Of a stretch of DNA of 64,000 nt, positions 1-14,476 are shown one piece after another. Both the position numbers and the translations under genes were made by a program. Source of the DNA: the human T2T-CHM13v2.0 reference genome, Homo sapiens; NCBI RefSeq assembly GCF_009914755.1, contig NC_060929.1; one strand, 5' to 3'. The notes beneath the pieces were generated by a model. It saw nothing but the letters and a program-made list of their open reading frames with translations, was not told the origin of the DNA and made no database searches. Position 1 is the stretch's first letter. Each line of letters begins with the position of its first letter.

Positions 1-188
1 TAAAGAATTTTTAAATTAAGGTATGTATATTTAAAGAATATGCTTTCGCACACTTAATAGGCCTCAGTATAGTATAAACATAACTTTTATATGTACTGGG
101 AAACCAAAGAATTCCCAACTTACTTTATTGCAATATTTGCTTTATTGTAGTCTGGAACGGAACTAGCAATATCTCCATGGAATACCTG
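1..188 (+). mobile_element. Tigger1-like DNA transposon, 3' end
   Basis: Ends TCTGGAACGGAACTAGCAATATCTCCATGGAATACCTG followed by TA, resembling the Tigger1 terminal inverted repeat. Confidence 0.7.
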
Positions 189-536
189 TAATGAGCAGAT
201 TTAACCTAAGATGAGAAAATATTTCCACTGAAGTTTGAAATTTAAGTACGTGTTAGCCAGGTAAAGTAGGGGGAAAAGTATTTCAAGCAGAGGTTAAAGT
301 CCCTGTGTTAAGGCTGTGAGGCCCAAGGGAAGGAGCTTTCCCTTTAAAAAGGACTGAAAGAAAGCAAATGTGGTTTAAGCATGGTTAGGGAGGAAAGAGG
401 CCTGAAGGGGAGGGAATCCTGGAGTGGGATACAGAGGTAGGCAGGCAGAGTACAGAACATTAGGGATTTATGGACTCAAGATTTATATTCTCTGACACCA
501 AATTAGGAAAAAAAGAGGTCTCTATTTTTGGCCAAG

Positions 537-537
<1 letters not shown>

Positions 538-573
<36 letters not shown>
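538..573. repeat. (TG)n microsatellite
   Basis: About 18 TG units seen directly. Confidence 0.95.
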
Positions 574-577
<4 letters not shown>

Positions 578-609
578 AAACAGCTTTATTGAGGTATAAT
601 TGTTTATTA

Positions 610-1032
<423 letters not shown>

Positions 1033-1830
1033 TCAATCTTCCATGAAGTGTAAATAAAGGCATCTTTAAAGATCACATTTTCATTGACCTGTAACATCAG
1101 TTTGTATCACATAATGCTAACTTAGTTCCTGTCCCACCCCCACCTTTTACCTTCTAAGAACCTCCTATATCGAAATCCTATCTACTACAGAGTTTTGTGA
1201 TGCTATTTGTCCATTAGAAAGATTCTTGGAACTGCTAAGTGGAGAAAGGATTATAGGATGCAAGGTTGATGTGGATAGCTCAGTAGAAGGTTTTTGAAAA
1301 AGCAACAGTAGAGATCATGGCAGCTTGGACGCAGGACCTGGGCAGTGAAGATGATGAGCACAGCTCCAGGAAATATTTAGGAGATTGACTGTATACTTGA
1401 TGGTGGTTGAACCTGGGGCTAAGGGAGGGGTAGGAGTCATAGGCAATCAGGGTTTCTGGTTGGGACAAGTGGATAGGTGGCAGTGCTACTGATAAGAAAG
1501 GGGATGTTAAGAGGAAGAGCAAATTTACTGATAGCATGATTTAAATTTTGTTAGTCCACCTGATCGAAATGGTAAATTAGTAGAGGTCTGCAATCAGGAG
1601 ATAGAAACAAATCTGGAGGTCACTGGCTGATAGCTGCTAACTGAAGCTACAGGAGAGGATGAAATAGTCCAAGAATATTGTGACATGAGAAAAGAATGTT
1701 TAGGACTGAACTTTGAAGAACACTAGTATGTACAGATTAGGTAAAGGAAGAGAAGCCCACAAAAACATTGAGGAGGAACAGCATGAAGATGGAAAGCAAG
1801 TTAACTGTGTCCTAAATGCCTAGAGGTTTT

Positions 1831-2132
1831 CTTTTTCTTTTTTTTTTTTTTGAGACAGAGTCTCACTCTGTCACGCAGGCTGGAGTGCAGTGGTGCAATC
1901 TGGGTTCACTACAAGCTCCGCCTCCCAGGTTCACGCCATTCTCCTGCCTCAGCTTCCTGAGTAGCTGGGACTACAGGCGCCCACCACCACGCCAGGCTAA
2001 TTTTTTGTATTTTTAGTAGAGATGGGGTTTCACCGTCTTAGCCAGGATGGTCTCGATCTCCTGACCTTGTGATCTGCCCGCCTCGGCCTCCCAAAGTGCT
2101 GGGATTACAGGCATGAGCCACCGCGCCCAGCC
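1831..2132 (-). mobile_element. AluY/Sc-like
   Basis: Reverse Alu with poly-T; GAGGTTTT on both flanks. Confidence 0.93.
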
Positions 2133-2175
2133 TGAGGTTTTCAATTTTAGTGTCACTTAACAATGTCACATATTG

Positions 2176-3822
2176 AGAAAATTTATTTGTTGCTTCCCTC
2201 TTCCCTCTCCCCTCTCCCCTCTCCCCACGGTCTCCCTCTCTTTCCACGGTCTCCCTCTGATGCCGAGCCGAAGCTGGACTGTACTGCTGCCATCTCGGCT
2301 CACTGCAACCTCCCTGCCTGATTCTCCTGCCTCAGCCTGCCGAGTGCCTGCGATTGCAGGCGCGCGCCGCCACGCCTGACTGGTTTTCGTATTTTTTTGG
2401 TGGAGAAGGGGTTTCGCTGTGTTGGCCGGGCTGGTCTCCAGCTCCTAACCGCGAGTGATCTGCCAGCCTCGGCCTCCCGAGGTGCCGGGATTGCAGACGG
2501 AGTCTGGTTCACTCAGTGCTCAATGGTGCCCAGGCTGGAGTGCAGTGGCGTGATCTCGGCTCGCTACAACCTCCACCTCCCAGCCGCCTGCCTTGGCCTC
2601 CCAAAGTGCCGAGATTGCAGCCTCTGCCTCGCCGCCACCCCGTTTGGGAAGTGAGGAGCGTCTCTGCCTGGCCACCCATCGTCTGGGACGTGAGGAGCCC
2701 CTCTGCCTGGCTGCCCAGTCTGGAAAGTGAGGAGCGTCTCTGCCCGGCCGCCATCCCATCTAGGAAGTGAGGAGCGCCTCTTCCCGGCCTCCCATCGTCT
2801 GAGATGTGGGGAGCGCCTCTGCCCCGCTGCCCCGTCTGGGATGTGAGGAGCGCCTCTACCTGGCCGCGACCCCGTCTGGGAGGTGAGGAGCGTCTCTGCC
2901 CGGCTGCCCCGTCTGAGAAGTGAGGAGTCCCTCCGCCCGGCAGCCGCCCCGTCTGAGAAGTGAGGAGCCCCTCCGTCCGGCAGCCGCCCCGTCTGGGAAG
3001 TGAGGAGCCCCTCCGCCCGGCAGCCACCCCGTCTGGGAGGGAGGTGGGGGTCAGCCCCCCACCCGGCCAGCCGCCCCGCCCGGGAGGTGAGGGGCGCCTC
3101 TGCCCGGCTGCCCCTACTGGGAAGTGAGGAGCCCCTCTGCCCAGCCAGCCGCCCCGTCCGGGAGGGAGGTGGGGGGGTCAGCCCCCCGCCCGGCCAGCTG
3201 CCCCGTCCGGGAGGTGAGGGGCGCCTCTGCCCGGCCGCCCCTACTGGGAAGTGAGGAGCCCCTCTACCCGGCCACCACCCCGTCTGGGAGGTGTATCGAA
3301 CAGCTCATTGAGAACAGGCCATGATGACAATGGCGGTTTTGTGGAATACAAAGGGGGGAAAGGTGGGGAAAAGATTGAGAAATCGGATGGTTGCCGCGTC
3401 TGTGTAGAAAGAGGTAGACATGGGAGACTTTTCATTTTGTTCTGTACTAAGAAAAATTCTTATCCTGTTGATCTGTGACCTTACCCCCAACCCTGTGCTC
3501 TCTGAAACATGTGCTGTGTCCACTCAGAGTTAAATGGATTAAGGGCGGTGCAAGATGTGCTTTGTTAAACAGATGCTTGAAGGCAGCATGCTCGTTAAGA
3601 GTCATCACCACTCCCTAACCTCAAGGACCCAGGGACACAAACATTGCGGAAGGCCGCAGGGTCCTCTGCCTAGGAAAGCCATAGACCTTTGTTCACTTGT
3701 TTATCTGCTGACCTTCCCTCCACTATTGTCCTATGACCCTGCCAAATCCCCCTCTGCGAGAAACACCCAAGAATGATCAATAAAAAATAAAAAAATAATA
3801 AAAAAAAAAAAAAAAAGAAAAA
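2176..3822 (+). mobile_element. SVA retrotransposon (short CCCTCT head, Alu-like region, VNTR ~2620-3290, SINE-R, poly-A)
   Basis: All SVA domains in order; 17-bp TSD AACAATGTCACATATTG at 2159-2175 and 3823-3839. Confidence 0.97.
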
Positions 3823-5250
3823 AACAATGTCACATATTGCCACAGGATAAGCTAAGGATGAAATCTCTCCAGGACTTAGTGTCATAGAGGTCATTGGTGA
3901 CTCTAGGGAGGGCCACTGTATATAGTGGGGGCAGGAGCCATAGTGGGTTTTAAGCTCAAATAGGAGGTAAGGACATGGAAAACATGGGAAGGCACTTGAG
4001 AAGTCTGACTATGAAGCAGAGATAGGACTGTGGTCAGATACAAATATGAGAAGCAGATTTCTTCTGATGAGAATGGTGTGTTCAACTGTCCATGCAAAGA
4101 GCCAATGGAGAAAGAGAGGAAAAATACAGACCAAGTAACAACAGACTCCATGAGAGAACGAGAGGAGATAGGATTGCAGCACATGTTGAATAACTGGCCT
4201 TTAATAAGAGGAGGGATTCTTCCTGTACAGGAAGAGGAGGGATGAAGTGAATGCAGATGCATTTGTGTACATGGGTATCATGGTTTTTTTTTCCCCTGTG
4301 AAGTAATCAGTTAGGGGGTGAAAGGGGCTTTAGAGGGAAAGGGGTTTGAAATAGTTACAGAAGGATTGAAGAGAAACACATTAACATTGTTGGCAGTACT
4401 GACAGCCTAACTCAATGTGCTGAGCATGAATTTACAGTGATAAAAATCTACCAGAAACGACCTCCAGCTGCAAGGATGCAGAAGCAGTGTTGGGTTCATC
4501 CAGGGCTGGTATTTTGCCAGGCTGACACAATAGAGCAGCAGCATACATGAGCTTAAATTATTTACATCTGCTGAAGTCTAGTCCGCCAAAGATCACCAGG
4601 CTCAAGCCTGTCTTCTGACAAAACCATTTATTGATTTGCAAGCAAGGGAACCAGAAGCAGCAAAGATGGTGCATTCCACAAGAGGGCAGGGGGTGCCATC
4701 TTTGGTAAGGTTTGGGTTCCCAGTGTAGGGTTCTGAGCAAGCTATAAGGGAAAGGAGACCAGTTCTGGGTTGGATGCTATTTCTGTAGCAAGATTAGATG
4801 TGAGAATTAACTAGAGATTGGTGCTGCAATGAGGTGAGGGCAAGTTTAGCAACTGGATATCCCCAGTAGTAGATGGGTTATAGCAAAATAGGTCTAAGGG
4901 TGTCACAGCCAACAAAGCAGTGGTCACATGAGGGAGTCATGATGGTATTTTATAGCTGCTGCAGGACCTAACAGTTTCATGTTAACTTTGCAGCTGCCTT
5001 GCCTGTCCCCCTGACAGTGGTGGAGCTTTTTTTTTCAGTTTGAGCCACTTTGAGTCCTAGAGTTTACTTTCATACCAAACATCCTCCTCTCATCAAATGT
5101 GAATGATTTTTCCCCCTAAAGTACAACTTAATCCATATGCATCTGTCCTCTCTAAAGATTTAATGAAATACCTAATTATAGAATTAAGCTTGCTTTCTGG
5201 CAAGACCCAGCCTAGAGTGAACGTTAAGTTTTAGACCATCCCCTAAATCA

Positions 5251-5709
<459 letters not shown>

Positions 5710-6029
5710 CTATGGCTGGAGAGCATTAACAACATAAAGACAGAGGGTCAGAGTTGATGACAACTTCTAGGTTAAGACCAATATTTGTGGTTTTTTTTTT
5801 TTTTGCCAGAACGCAAGACTATATTTACTAGCAGCTCTGTGTCCTTGCTCATTGGAAAATGATCTTTCCTCAAGACTTGCTGACACGTTTCTGTTTAAGG
5901 CATGACAATCCTAAAGGCCAACAATTGTGGACGGGGGCAACTCTTCCTTTCATTATGTACTGGTGTAGTCAATTATGCAAAGTCTGGTCAACCAAAGACC
6001 ACCAGGCTCAAGCCATCAGTTTTAAAATA

Positions 6030-6477
6030 TGGCCACATGCTCCTTGATGGCCTATGTGATATGGCTTTAGTAACTCCCTTAGGACCAAGAGAATATAATG
6101 GAACTAATGCTGTGTAACTTCCAAATGCAGCTGCTTTCTGGGTCTTTTGAAATGGCCCTTCAGAATCCAGGCAACATGCTGTGACAAGTTCAAGCTACAT
6201 GGACAAGTGTAGATGGTTCTGGTGAACGATTCCAATCTAGTCTTGGCTTTAAAAGTCATCTCAGTACCATGAATTCAGATGATTATAGCTCTCAGATATT
6301 CAAATTACCCTCAGCCCTTAGTTTTCCTTGCCTAGGCCTCAGACATCATAGAATAAAGCCATCCCCATTGTGCCCTCTCCAAGTTCCTGAACTATAGAGT
6401 CCATGAGCATAATAAAATGATTGTTTTAAGATGCTAGATTTCTGTGCTTTTTTTATTAAGCATAATACCGGGAACAG
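6030..6477 (+). mobile_element. MLT1-type MaLR LTR remnant
   Basis: MLT1-like 3' end AATAAAATGATTGTTTTAAG...ATAACCGGGAACA; 5' boundary uncertain. Confidence 0.55.
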
Positions 6478-6981
6478 ATATTGATCTTGTCGGTAGCTAC
6501 TGTGAGTAGAGCAGTAGTTGGTGACAATGAGCTAGTAGACAAATACTGGACAGTTATTCACAGAGCAGCTGCTAGAAGTTTCAAGTATATGCAGTTAGCA
6601 TTCCTTGTCCCTGGTCTAATGTACCATCTCTTCTCTACACCTCCTCTCCCTCCAATATTTATAGTCAGTGCTATCTTTAGAGAACTGCAGATTATGTTAA
6701 TAGCTGCCATGTTACAGGAGCCATTTTGAAAAACATTTCTTACTACAACTTCCAAAAACCACAATTACGTACATTATTTCCTTTATAGAAGGAATTTTAA
6801 AGTTTTAATGTTTTATATTTGCTAGTTTTTCAAGGTAGACTTGTTACTGAATTCTTATTCAGAGAATGAATAAAATATCTTCTAATATGATTTCTTTGAT
6901 TTCAAACCATTAAGTAAATTAATTATGTCATTTAAGTTCAACAGCAAATTATTTAAAATACCAGATGCTACTTCAAAAATT

Positions 6982-8090
6982 TAGAGGAAACAACTATTTA
7001 AGCTTTATTTTCAAAGTCTAATTTTAATTCAGACTGAACAAACAAGCAGAAAAGTGAGAAAGCTAACTGTATTAGCAGACACAGATGTACCAAATGTAAA
7101 ACAGTGGGTTATTAACAGAACTATTTACATGCATATTTACAAGCAATCCTTTTGTACACAGTTTTTAGTTAGCTGGAAAAAGATTTGACATTAGGTAAAA
7201 ATATTATTTATTAGGGCTGAGGTGGTACCACATTATAGTAAAAGTATTAGAAAAGTGACCCTCAAGGTGTATCAATTATAAAGCAGATGAAAACTTGAAT
7301 GACAAATATCTAGTAAAATTCTCTAGTAAAAAAGTCGATGCAACCCATGCTACAAAATAAAAGTGAGAAAGCCATATAAATAAAGCAGAATAATGTTCTA
7401 GGCTTTAAGGTAATGAAGTTAGTCAGTTGAAAAAATAAAAATAAAAAAGAACAATTCTAGAATTGGAATAAATCTTCAGTGAAGTCTTGGTTGTTTAGCT
7501 GGGAGTTCACCAAGTTGGGTTTTTCCCCCCCATGACATTTAAAAAGCCCTTGGTATCAAATAGCATCTGCATATGTAAATCAGTTGTTGATATATTCCAA
7601 GACTTTAGTGCTAAAGATTTTCAAGATTATGATTCATATTTGATATTCAATTCATTGGGACACTAAATGTCAAACTAAAATGAAAGCTATAATACTCCTA
7701 CCTAAAAAAGGATGCTACATTTTTGCAGTAATATGTATTTCCAGACGAAGACTTTTTCCCCTCAAGAAAAGTAGAATTTAAAGGATAAGCATCTAACCAA
7801 CTAGCAAAATTTTCAACATTTCATTTATTTCAAAATCGATTTTATTGCAGCCAAAACAGTAGAATTAACTGTACATAATAAACTATTATATATATATACA
7901 CATTTTAAGTTATAGGGAATAAAGTTTATTTTGGCAGATAGTGTTAAACAAAATTAAAGTTGCATACATTAGTAACATAACTCAACATCCTCAATTTGGT
8001 ATAGATGTGACACATTTTCTTGCTCTCTTGTGTTCTGCTAAATCACCATACCTAAACTGCTTTATAAAACTGATATGCTGAAATTTAACT
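6982..8090 (-). other. PAIP1: PAIP1 3' UTR (3' end approximate)
   Basis: AU-rich sequence after the TAA stop; AATAAA on the minus strand at 7004-7009 with a U-rich downstream tract. Confidence 0.8.
7004..7009 (-). terminator. PAIP1: Distal polyadenylation signal AATAAA
   Basis: TTTATT on the plus strand; UGUA motifs upstream and U-rich sequence downstream. Confidence 0.7.
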
Positions 8091-8184
8091 TTACTGTTTT
8101 CGCTTACGCTCTGATTCCAAACAAAACTTTTCATAAGCTTCTTCTATCTCTGGGTCCATCTCATCATCAATATCATCCAAGTAT
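8091..8184 (-). CDS. PAIP1: PAIP1 exon 11 (YLDDIDDEMDPEIEEAYEKFCLESERKRKQ*; acidic PAM1 region)
   Basis: CAG acceptor; TAA at 8093-8091; frame closes at 1440 nt. Confidence 0.97.
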
Positions 8185-10075
8185 CTGTAAAAGCAAAGAT
8201 GATTCATAAGTGTAAGGTTTTTCAACTCAGAAAGTAAGATGCTAAATCATGAAAAAAATAATGTAATACAACTTTCCTAGACTGAGTTATAATAGAACAC
8301 AAGCCTAACTTTAGAATTACATTAATGGCAGTCTTCGGACAACCAAATGCTTAATTTGGTAAGTAAAATTTTACAGATTCTGAGTCCCTTGTGTGTGAAA
8401 TTATAGTAAAGAATATATATACTTTTAGACATAAGTTAAATTCTATAACCTGAAAGTTAATCAAAGGCTTGACATATAAACTTGGGGCTCAAGATTGATA
8501 TTAATAAATTTACCTTACCAACAAACAATTAGAATATAACTATTAATAGAACATAATTTCAAATATGCCATTCACCTCTAGTGATGCACTAATATTTTGT
8601 GTCTACTTAATAACAGAAAGTGCTATTCCTGCTATGATTTCTGCTGGGTTATTCCCATGATGACAATTTAGTCACATTCCCATTTATTTGGAATCAGATT
8701 TTCACAGGAAGCTACTTTTGAGATCATCTATTCCAGATTTTTTTCCAACTATTAGGTAGTTTAAAATGGTGGAAAGCAAGGCTTCCCATAGTTAAGTATG
8801 GCGGGAAAGATTTAAAGTGTCAATTAAGGATTTAATCTACACATTCTTACTGAATGTCCATAGCCATCTTAAAAAGATATGCATTACGATCATCTTCATT
8901 TTGGAGATGGAAAATAAAGAGATTCTGGAAGGTTAAATGAACAATGTAAAATTTTAAGTGTGTGGCGGGGCCAGAATTTGACTCCAGGTCTTACCCCTTT
9001 TCCTCCATAACATGATTCTATCAACATCTTCCCCACCCCTCCAATAATCCAATCCCTTCCACCTACAAGCATGAAAAAACAATCTTGCCAACCCTACCAA
9101 CTGCTGATGAGTCCTTTTCTGTTTCTTCCCCATTTCCAATACAGGGCCATGTGTTGAAATAACCATGAGCTCATTAGGGCAAGAGAATATGATGCTTACC
9201 AAATAAACTTAAGAGGATAACCTGAAGTTCAATGCCAAGAACAACTTTATCTTCCAGCGGTATACCCAAGTAGATGGAACTTTCCTAGTTCTGCCTGGGT
9301 CCTTAAATCCCTGTATTTTTTTTGTTTTCTATTAAACTAGAATATAGAAGTACAGCAACAATTGTATTTCTAGATCTCAAACCGACACATAATTAAAATA
9401 TCACTAGAATAAAAGTGGTTCACTTTTTAAAAAAAATCTACAACACAGGAGATATTAAAAAAAAAATAAGTTCAAGATATAATTTATTCCCTCCCATCTC
9501 CTACTTAGGAAGAAAAGAAACTAAGTAGCCTGTCCAAATATACACAAGTTGTTAACAGAACTGGTACTAAACCTCACAATTTCCTGGTCCTTCTATAAGA
9601 AAATGTAGTGCACTCTGATGGTAAGTGAGTAATATGTTTAAAGGGATCTTTAATTACAAAGAGTGGCAGGTGAAGAAACAGATATATAAACAGTCCTATA
9701 ATTAACATCTTCTTATCAGTTCAAACATTTTTACATAGTAATCTGTTTTCTTTACTCTTAACTTACCCTTTAATAGCTAAGATTTGAGCCTTCTACTGTG
9801 TGCCGGAAGGCTAAGTATTTATGTATTCTCATGTAGTTCTCAAGAAAAAAAAAAAAAAAAGACTCAACAGGTACTACTATTCTTATTTTATAGATGGAGA
9901 AGCAGAACAGAAGTTGCCCAAGATCTTACAGTAAGTTTTAGAGCTTCTTAAAGTCTAAATACAATAGAATCTATTTTAAAAAAATAATTATGCTTAAGTA
10001 TACTATATTTTAATGGTTATTTTCCTCAACTATACATTTTTCAGAACTAGTCTGTGAGTTAATACAATTTTCTGA

Positions 10076-10408
<333 letters not shown>

Positions 10409-10502
10409 CCAAACACCATTCCTTCATGAGCTACTTTGTCTAATCTCCACCTATAAATTAGACACAGAAATTTCACGAAGTTAGTAACTGAAGAAAACTT
10501 AC

Positions 10503-10596
10503 GGATCACCAGCCCCGGATAAATCTGTTCCATTTTCTTCATAATCTGGAAAAAAGTCCTCTCTTTCAAGTAATTCTTGGTATTTCTCTTGGTAAT
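10503..10596 (-). CDS. PAIP1: PAIP1 exon 10 (DYQEKYQELLEREDFFPDYEENGTDLSGAGDP)
   Basis: CAG acceptor, GTAAGT donor, 94 nt, phases consistent. Confidence 0.97.
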
Positions 10597-12150
10597 CTGT
10601 AAGACAACATAGGAGAAAAACTAAATACTGAAAAAATATCACATGAAATGACCAATCACCCCTAAATGTTTTTTAATATTATGACTTTTGCCCCCCTGCA
10701 TGCTCAGAAATCTTAAAGTAATTACATATAGTACTATAGATATAAGTTGGAAATCAAAGCCACTGTAGGTGATGTACATTCATAGCCAATGTGTTTATAT
10801 CCTCTACTGCTGCTTTCCATCAGACAAAATAATGGTTATATAACTGTTGGGGAAGAACAGTCCTTCCATTGGAAAGATATTAATCAAATACTACTGGTTT
10901 CCAGCTCCCTCTGTACTCCTCCACAAGGAAGTAAAGAAAGCAGGTAACAACAATTGGTCTCTGTTCCTCAGATGAAGTTAACCTACCAAAAGTTTTAACA
11001 ATGGGGGATTTTCCTTCCCTTTCTTCCCAGAGAGATGGGGAAGGCAGCTACCTGGTAAACGTTTCAGCTCTGCCAACTTTCCTTTCATTGGGTCCTCCAA
11101 GGTAATACAGGTGATATTACACCTATCTGCCAATTGTCTTAGGAAGAGTTATTGGGTACCTTTTAAGTTAAGTATTTCTTTATGAAGTCCTAACCTCTGA
11201 ATAAAAAAATGAATCAGTATATATTAAGACTAGTTACCTTATAGTTTCTTATGAACAGAAGCCAACGGAAATTTTGCAATTATATTAGACTGGGTAAAAG
11301 CCATGTTCTTCCAAGACTGTGTCAGTCTGTATAAAACCGTAACTCCAGCTTCAAGGGCTGGGGACATTTTGATACCCAATTTTGACAATTTAGAGACCGT
11401 TTTAACAGTAAAACCTTCCTGCTACAAAAAGACAGGCATTCTTTTAAATGTATGGATAAGTTCACAAAAAAGAAAATCCAAGTCATCAGGTCACAAATGA
11501 AGAAGGAACTGAAAGCCATATATAAACTGCAGCTGCTGCAGCTGGGAGGCTGACAGATGATGTTGGTCTCGGTAACTAAGGGGCTTGGATTTTAAAACCC
11601 ACAGAAAGCCAGAAAGCAAGGTCTTGGGCCCCATGTGAAACAGGAAAATGAAATCCATGCTCCATGCCCAACCTCACCTGCACAAACCTGGGACCCTCAA
11701 AGGTCTGGTATCTTAAACAAAAGGTGAATCAGGAAAAAAGACCAAGAAATATCTCAGTGGTGTTTTATCTTCCCTGCGAGATAGCAGGAAGCTTGGTCAT
11801 GTCTGCCTGGGTTTGGAATAGGGACAGAGCACTTTGTAGAAATTGGTGCCCCAGAGAATTTTTAACAATGGGCCTGCACCTCAAATTCCTACTACCCACA
11901 TAAAGAACCCCTATGACAAGAAAACAAAAAATTTGTCCAAGTCAGTGATACCTACTCTGTGGCTCCTGGCAGAAGGAAATATAAACCATTTTGGACAGAG
12001 GTTCCTATAATCCAAGCCACAGTGTTTTTCATTAAAAAAAAAAATGAAAAAAGAAAAAAGAAAAAAGACAAAGCACTGAAGCATTTAATCAGGGTCATAT
12101 TAATATGAAACTTCAAATGGTTTAAGAAAAAAAAAAAAAGTGTGTGGACA

Positions 12151-12372
12151 AGGTCAGGAAGTCAAGACCAGCCTGACCAACATGGTGAAACCCTGTCTCA
12201 ATAAAAAAAAAAAAAAATACAAAATTAGCCAGGCGTGGTGGCACAGGCCTGTAATCCCAGCTACTTGGGAGGCTGAGGCAGGAGAATTGCTTGAACTCAG
12301 GAGGTGGAGGTTGCAGTAAGCCGAGGTTGCATCACCGCACCCCAGCCTGGGTAACAGAGTGAGACTCTGTCT

Positions 12373-12426
<54 letters not shown>

Positions 12427-12427
12427 G
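12151..12427 (+). mobile_element. 5'-truncated AluS with long (~43 nt) A tract
   Basis: TSD AAAAGTGTGTGGA on both sides; lies within an old L1 3' end. Confidence 0.9.
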
Positions 12428-12869
12428 AAAAGTGTGTGGAAAGAGCACAAATGATAAAGCAAGTAACTGTTAACAAAAAGTACACCTGGGTAAAAGGTAT
12501 TCCTTGTACAATTTTACTTTTGTAACTTTTCTGTAAGTTTGAAATCATTTCCAAATAAAAGTTTAAGACGGTTAAGGCAAAAATTTTATGTGTGATGATC
12601 AGAAATAACAGAAGGGTTATAATTAAGAGATAAAACAAAAATATAAGACAGAAGTAAGCATGTTTAGAATGATGAGAAAAAATAACTTGAAACTCTGAGA
12701 AAAGGTCAAGATTATTTGAACAAAATGCAGAAACAAAATTTAGCTTGATTTTTCTGTAAAACTGTAAGATTTCTTTTACTTTCATGAAGTATAGCAGATT
12801 AAAAAACGTTTAAGAAAAAGAAACTGAGATCTACTGGCTGTCTACATTACTTCTTTTCCTTGAAAAGAA

Positions 12870-13850
12870 ACTGAACAACCAAACTGAATTTCTGTAAATC
12901 GAACAGTACTAGAAACAATTAAACAGGTTAGAAAAAATAAAAAACAAATAATCAAAATAAATCAAGGTAATTTTTAAGAATAAGAGGAAAGATTTGTCTT
13001 ACCAGACATAGCAAGATTCACAGTAAGGTAAAAATAATTTAAGTGTAGTATTGGCATAGAAAGAGATTAACAGAAAAAAAGATTCACACAAACACAGGAA
13101 TAAGACACAATTTGATAGAAGAGTTACATAGTATACAACAAAGGGGGCTTATTATAACTAGGAAAGGAAGGATGGCTTAATACCAATTGTTGAGACAACA
13201 GGCAATGGAAAAGATAATTCCTATGATATCATCCTATATAAAAATTGCACTGGTAGATTAAAGACCTAAAAATAAAAAAGAACAATGATTTTTAGAAGAA
13301 AACAGAAATGGTAAGGAAACTTTCTTAAACCACAGAAATTACAAACAAGACTGATAAATTTTGTTCACATTAAAACTCAAAGGTTCTACATGACATTATA
13401 AACAAAATGCAAAGACAGGCAAATACTGAGAGAAAGAAGGTAACCAAAACCCTCAGCTAAGAATCACTTTGTTCTAGACTACAAAAGGAATTACAGATCA
13501 GTAAGACAGACAAATGATCCAACAGAAATATGAACAAAGAGTATTAGCAGGCAATTCTCAAAGAAAGAAATCAAAAAGGTCAACAAGAACAAGAAAACTT
13601 CAATATCACTTGTCAGGGAAATAAAATATCAGCAAGATAGAATTTCATACAATCTGATGGACAAAAATTAAGTTTAATAAAAAGTATTGCCAAAGATGAG
13701 GAGCAGGAACCCTCATGTGCTGCTGATGGGAAGATTAAGTGGCATAATCATGCTAGAAAACAATTTAGTAACATTTAGTGAAGTTTAAGATGCCCATAGC
13801 GTGTAACTTAATTCTACTTCCTTGCCCTAAAAAAACTTCTCTGTGCTAGA
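12870..13850 (+). mobile_element. Ancient L1 (L1M-type) remnant
   Basis: A-rich degenerate L1 ORF2/3'-end-like motifs; boundaries approximate. Confidence 0.55.
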
Positions 13851-14476
13851 GACACAGGACAGTCAATGCTTGGAATCCAGAGGAAACAAATGGAAAAATT
13901 CCAACCATAAGCTGGTTGCAGTTTGTACCAAAGGGAAAAATTTCTCTTCCTCACTCTACAGTTCCATCTAATACAATTAAGGCAATCTTTCTATAAATGG
14001 TCCTCTTCTGGAAGAGGAAATGTGCAGAGATTTGGATTTTAATTAACTGTCACACACCAAGTATGAATGAAATGTGTAATTCTTCGTGTAAAGTATTAAC
14101 CCATATTAATATATGTTGCTGACTATGCAGTGAACTAGAATCGTCTTTCCCCTCCATTCTAATCACCTGAAAATTTAAGATTATAAAAAAGTTAGAGGAA
14201 ATATAAAATTAAAATAGTTGCATTTAATTGAGAATTCTTCCCATCCTCTGTTGTTAAGTGACAAGACATTATATGTGGAATCATACTTTCATTTGAAATG
14301 TTTCAAGTGGTCACTATGAAGAGCATTCTATATTAGACAAACCATTACACTGGTATTTTAGAATGATGTGAAGACATCAAAAAGTTACAATCTTGTGCTG
14401 GTGAGGATGTGGTTTTCTGTAAATTTACTACTTTACCAAACAACTGGGAGGAGGGAATGACTGTGAGACAACATAC

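Noticed and set aside
2620-3290. Regularly spaced GC-rich repeats resembling a CRISPR-like array (also ~59780-60400)
   Set aside because: These are SVA VNTR units without unique spacers, in a primate genome with no cas genes
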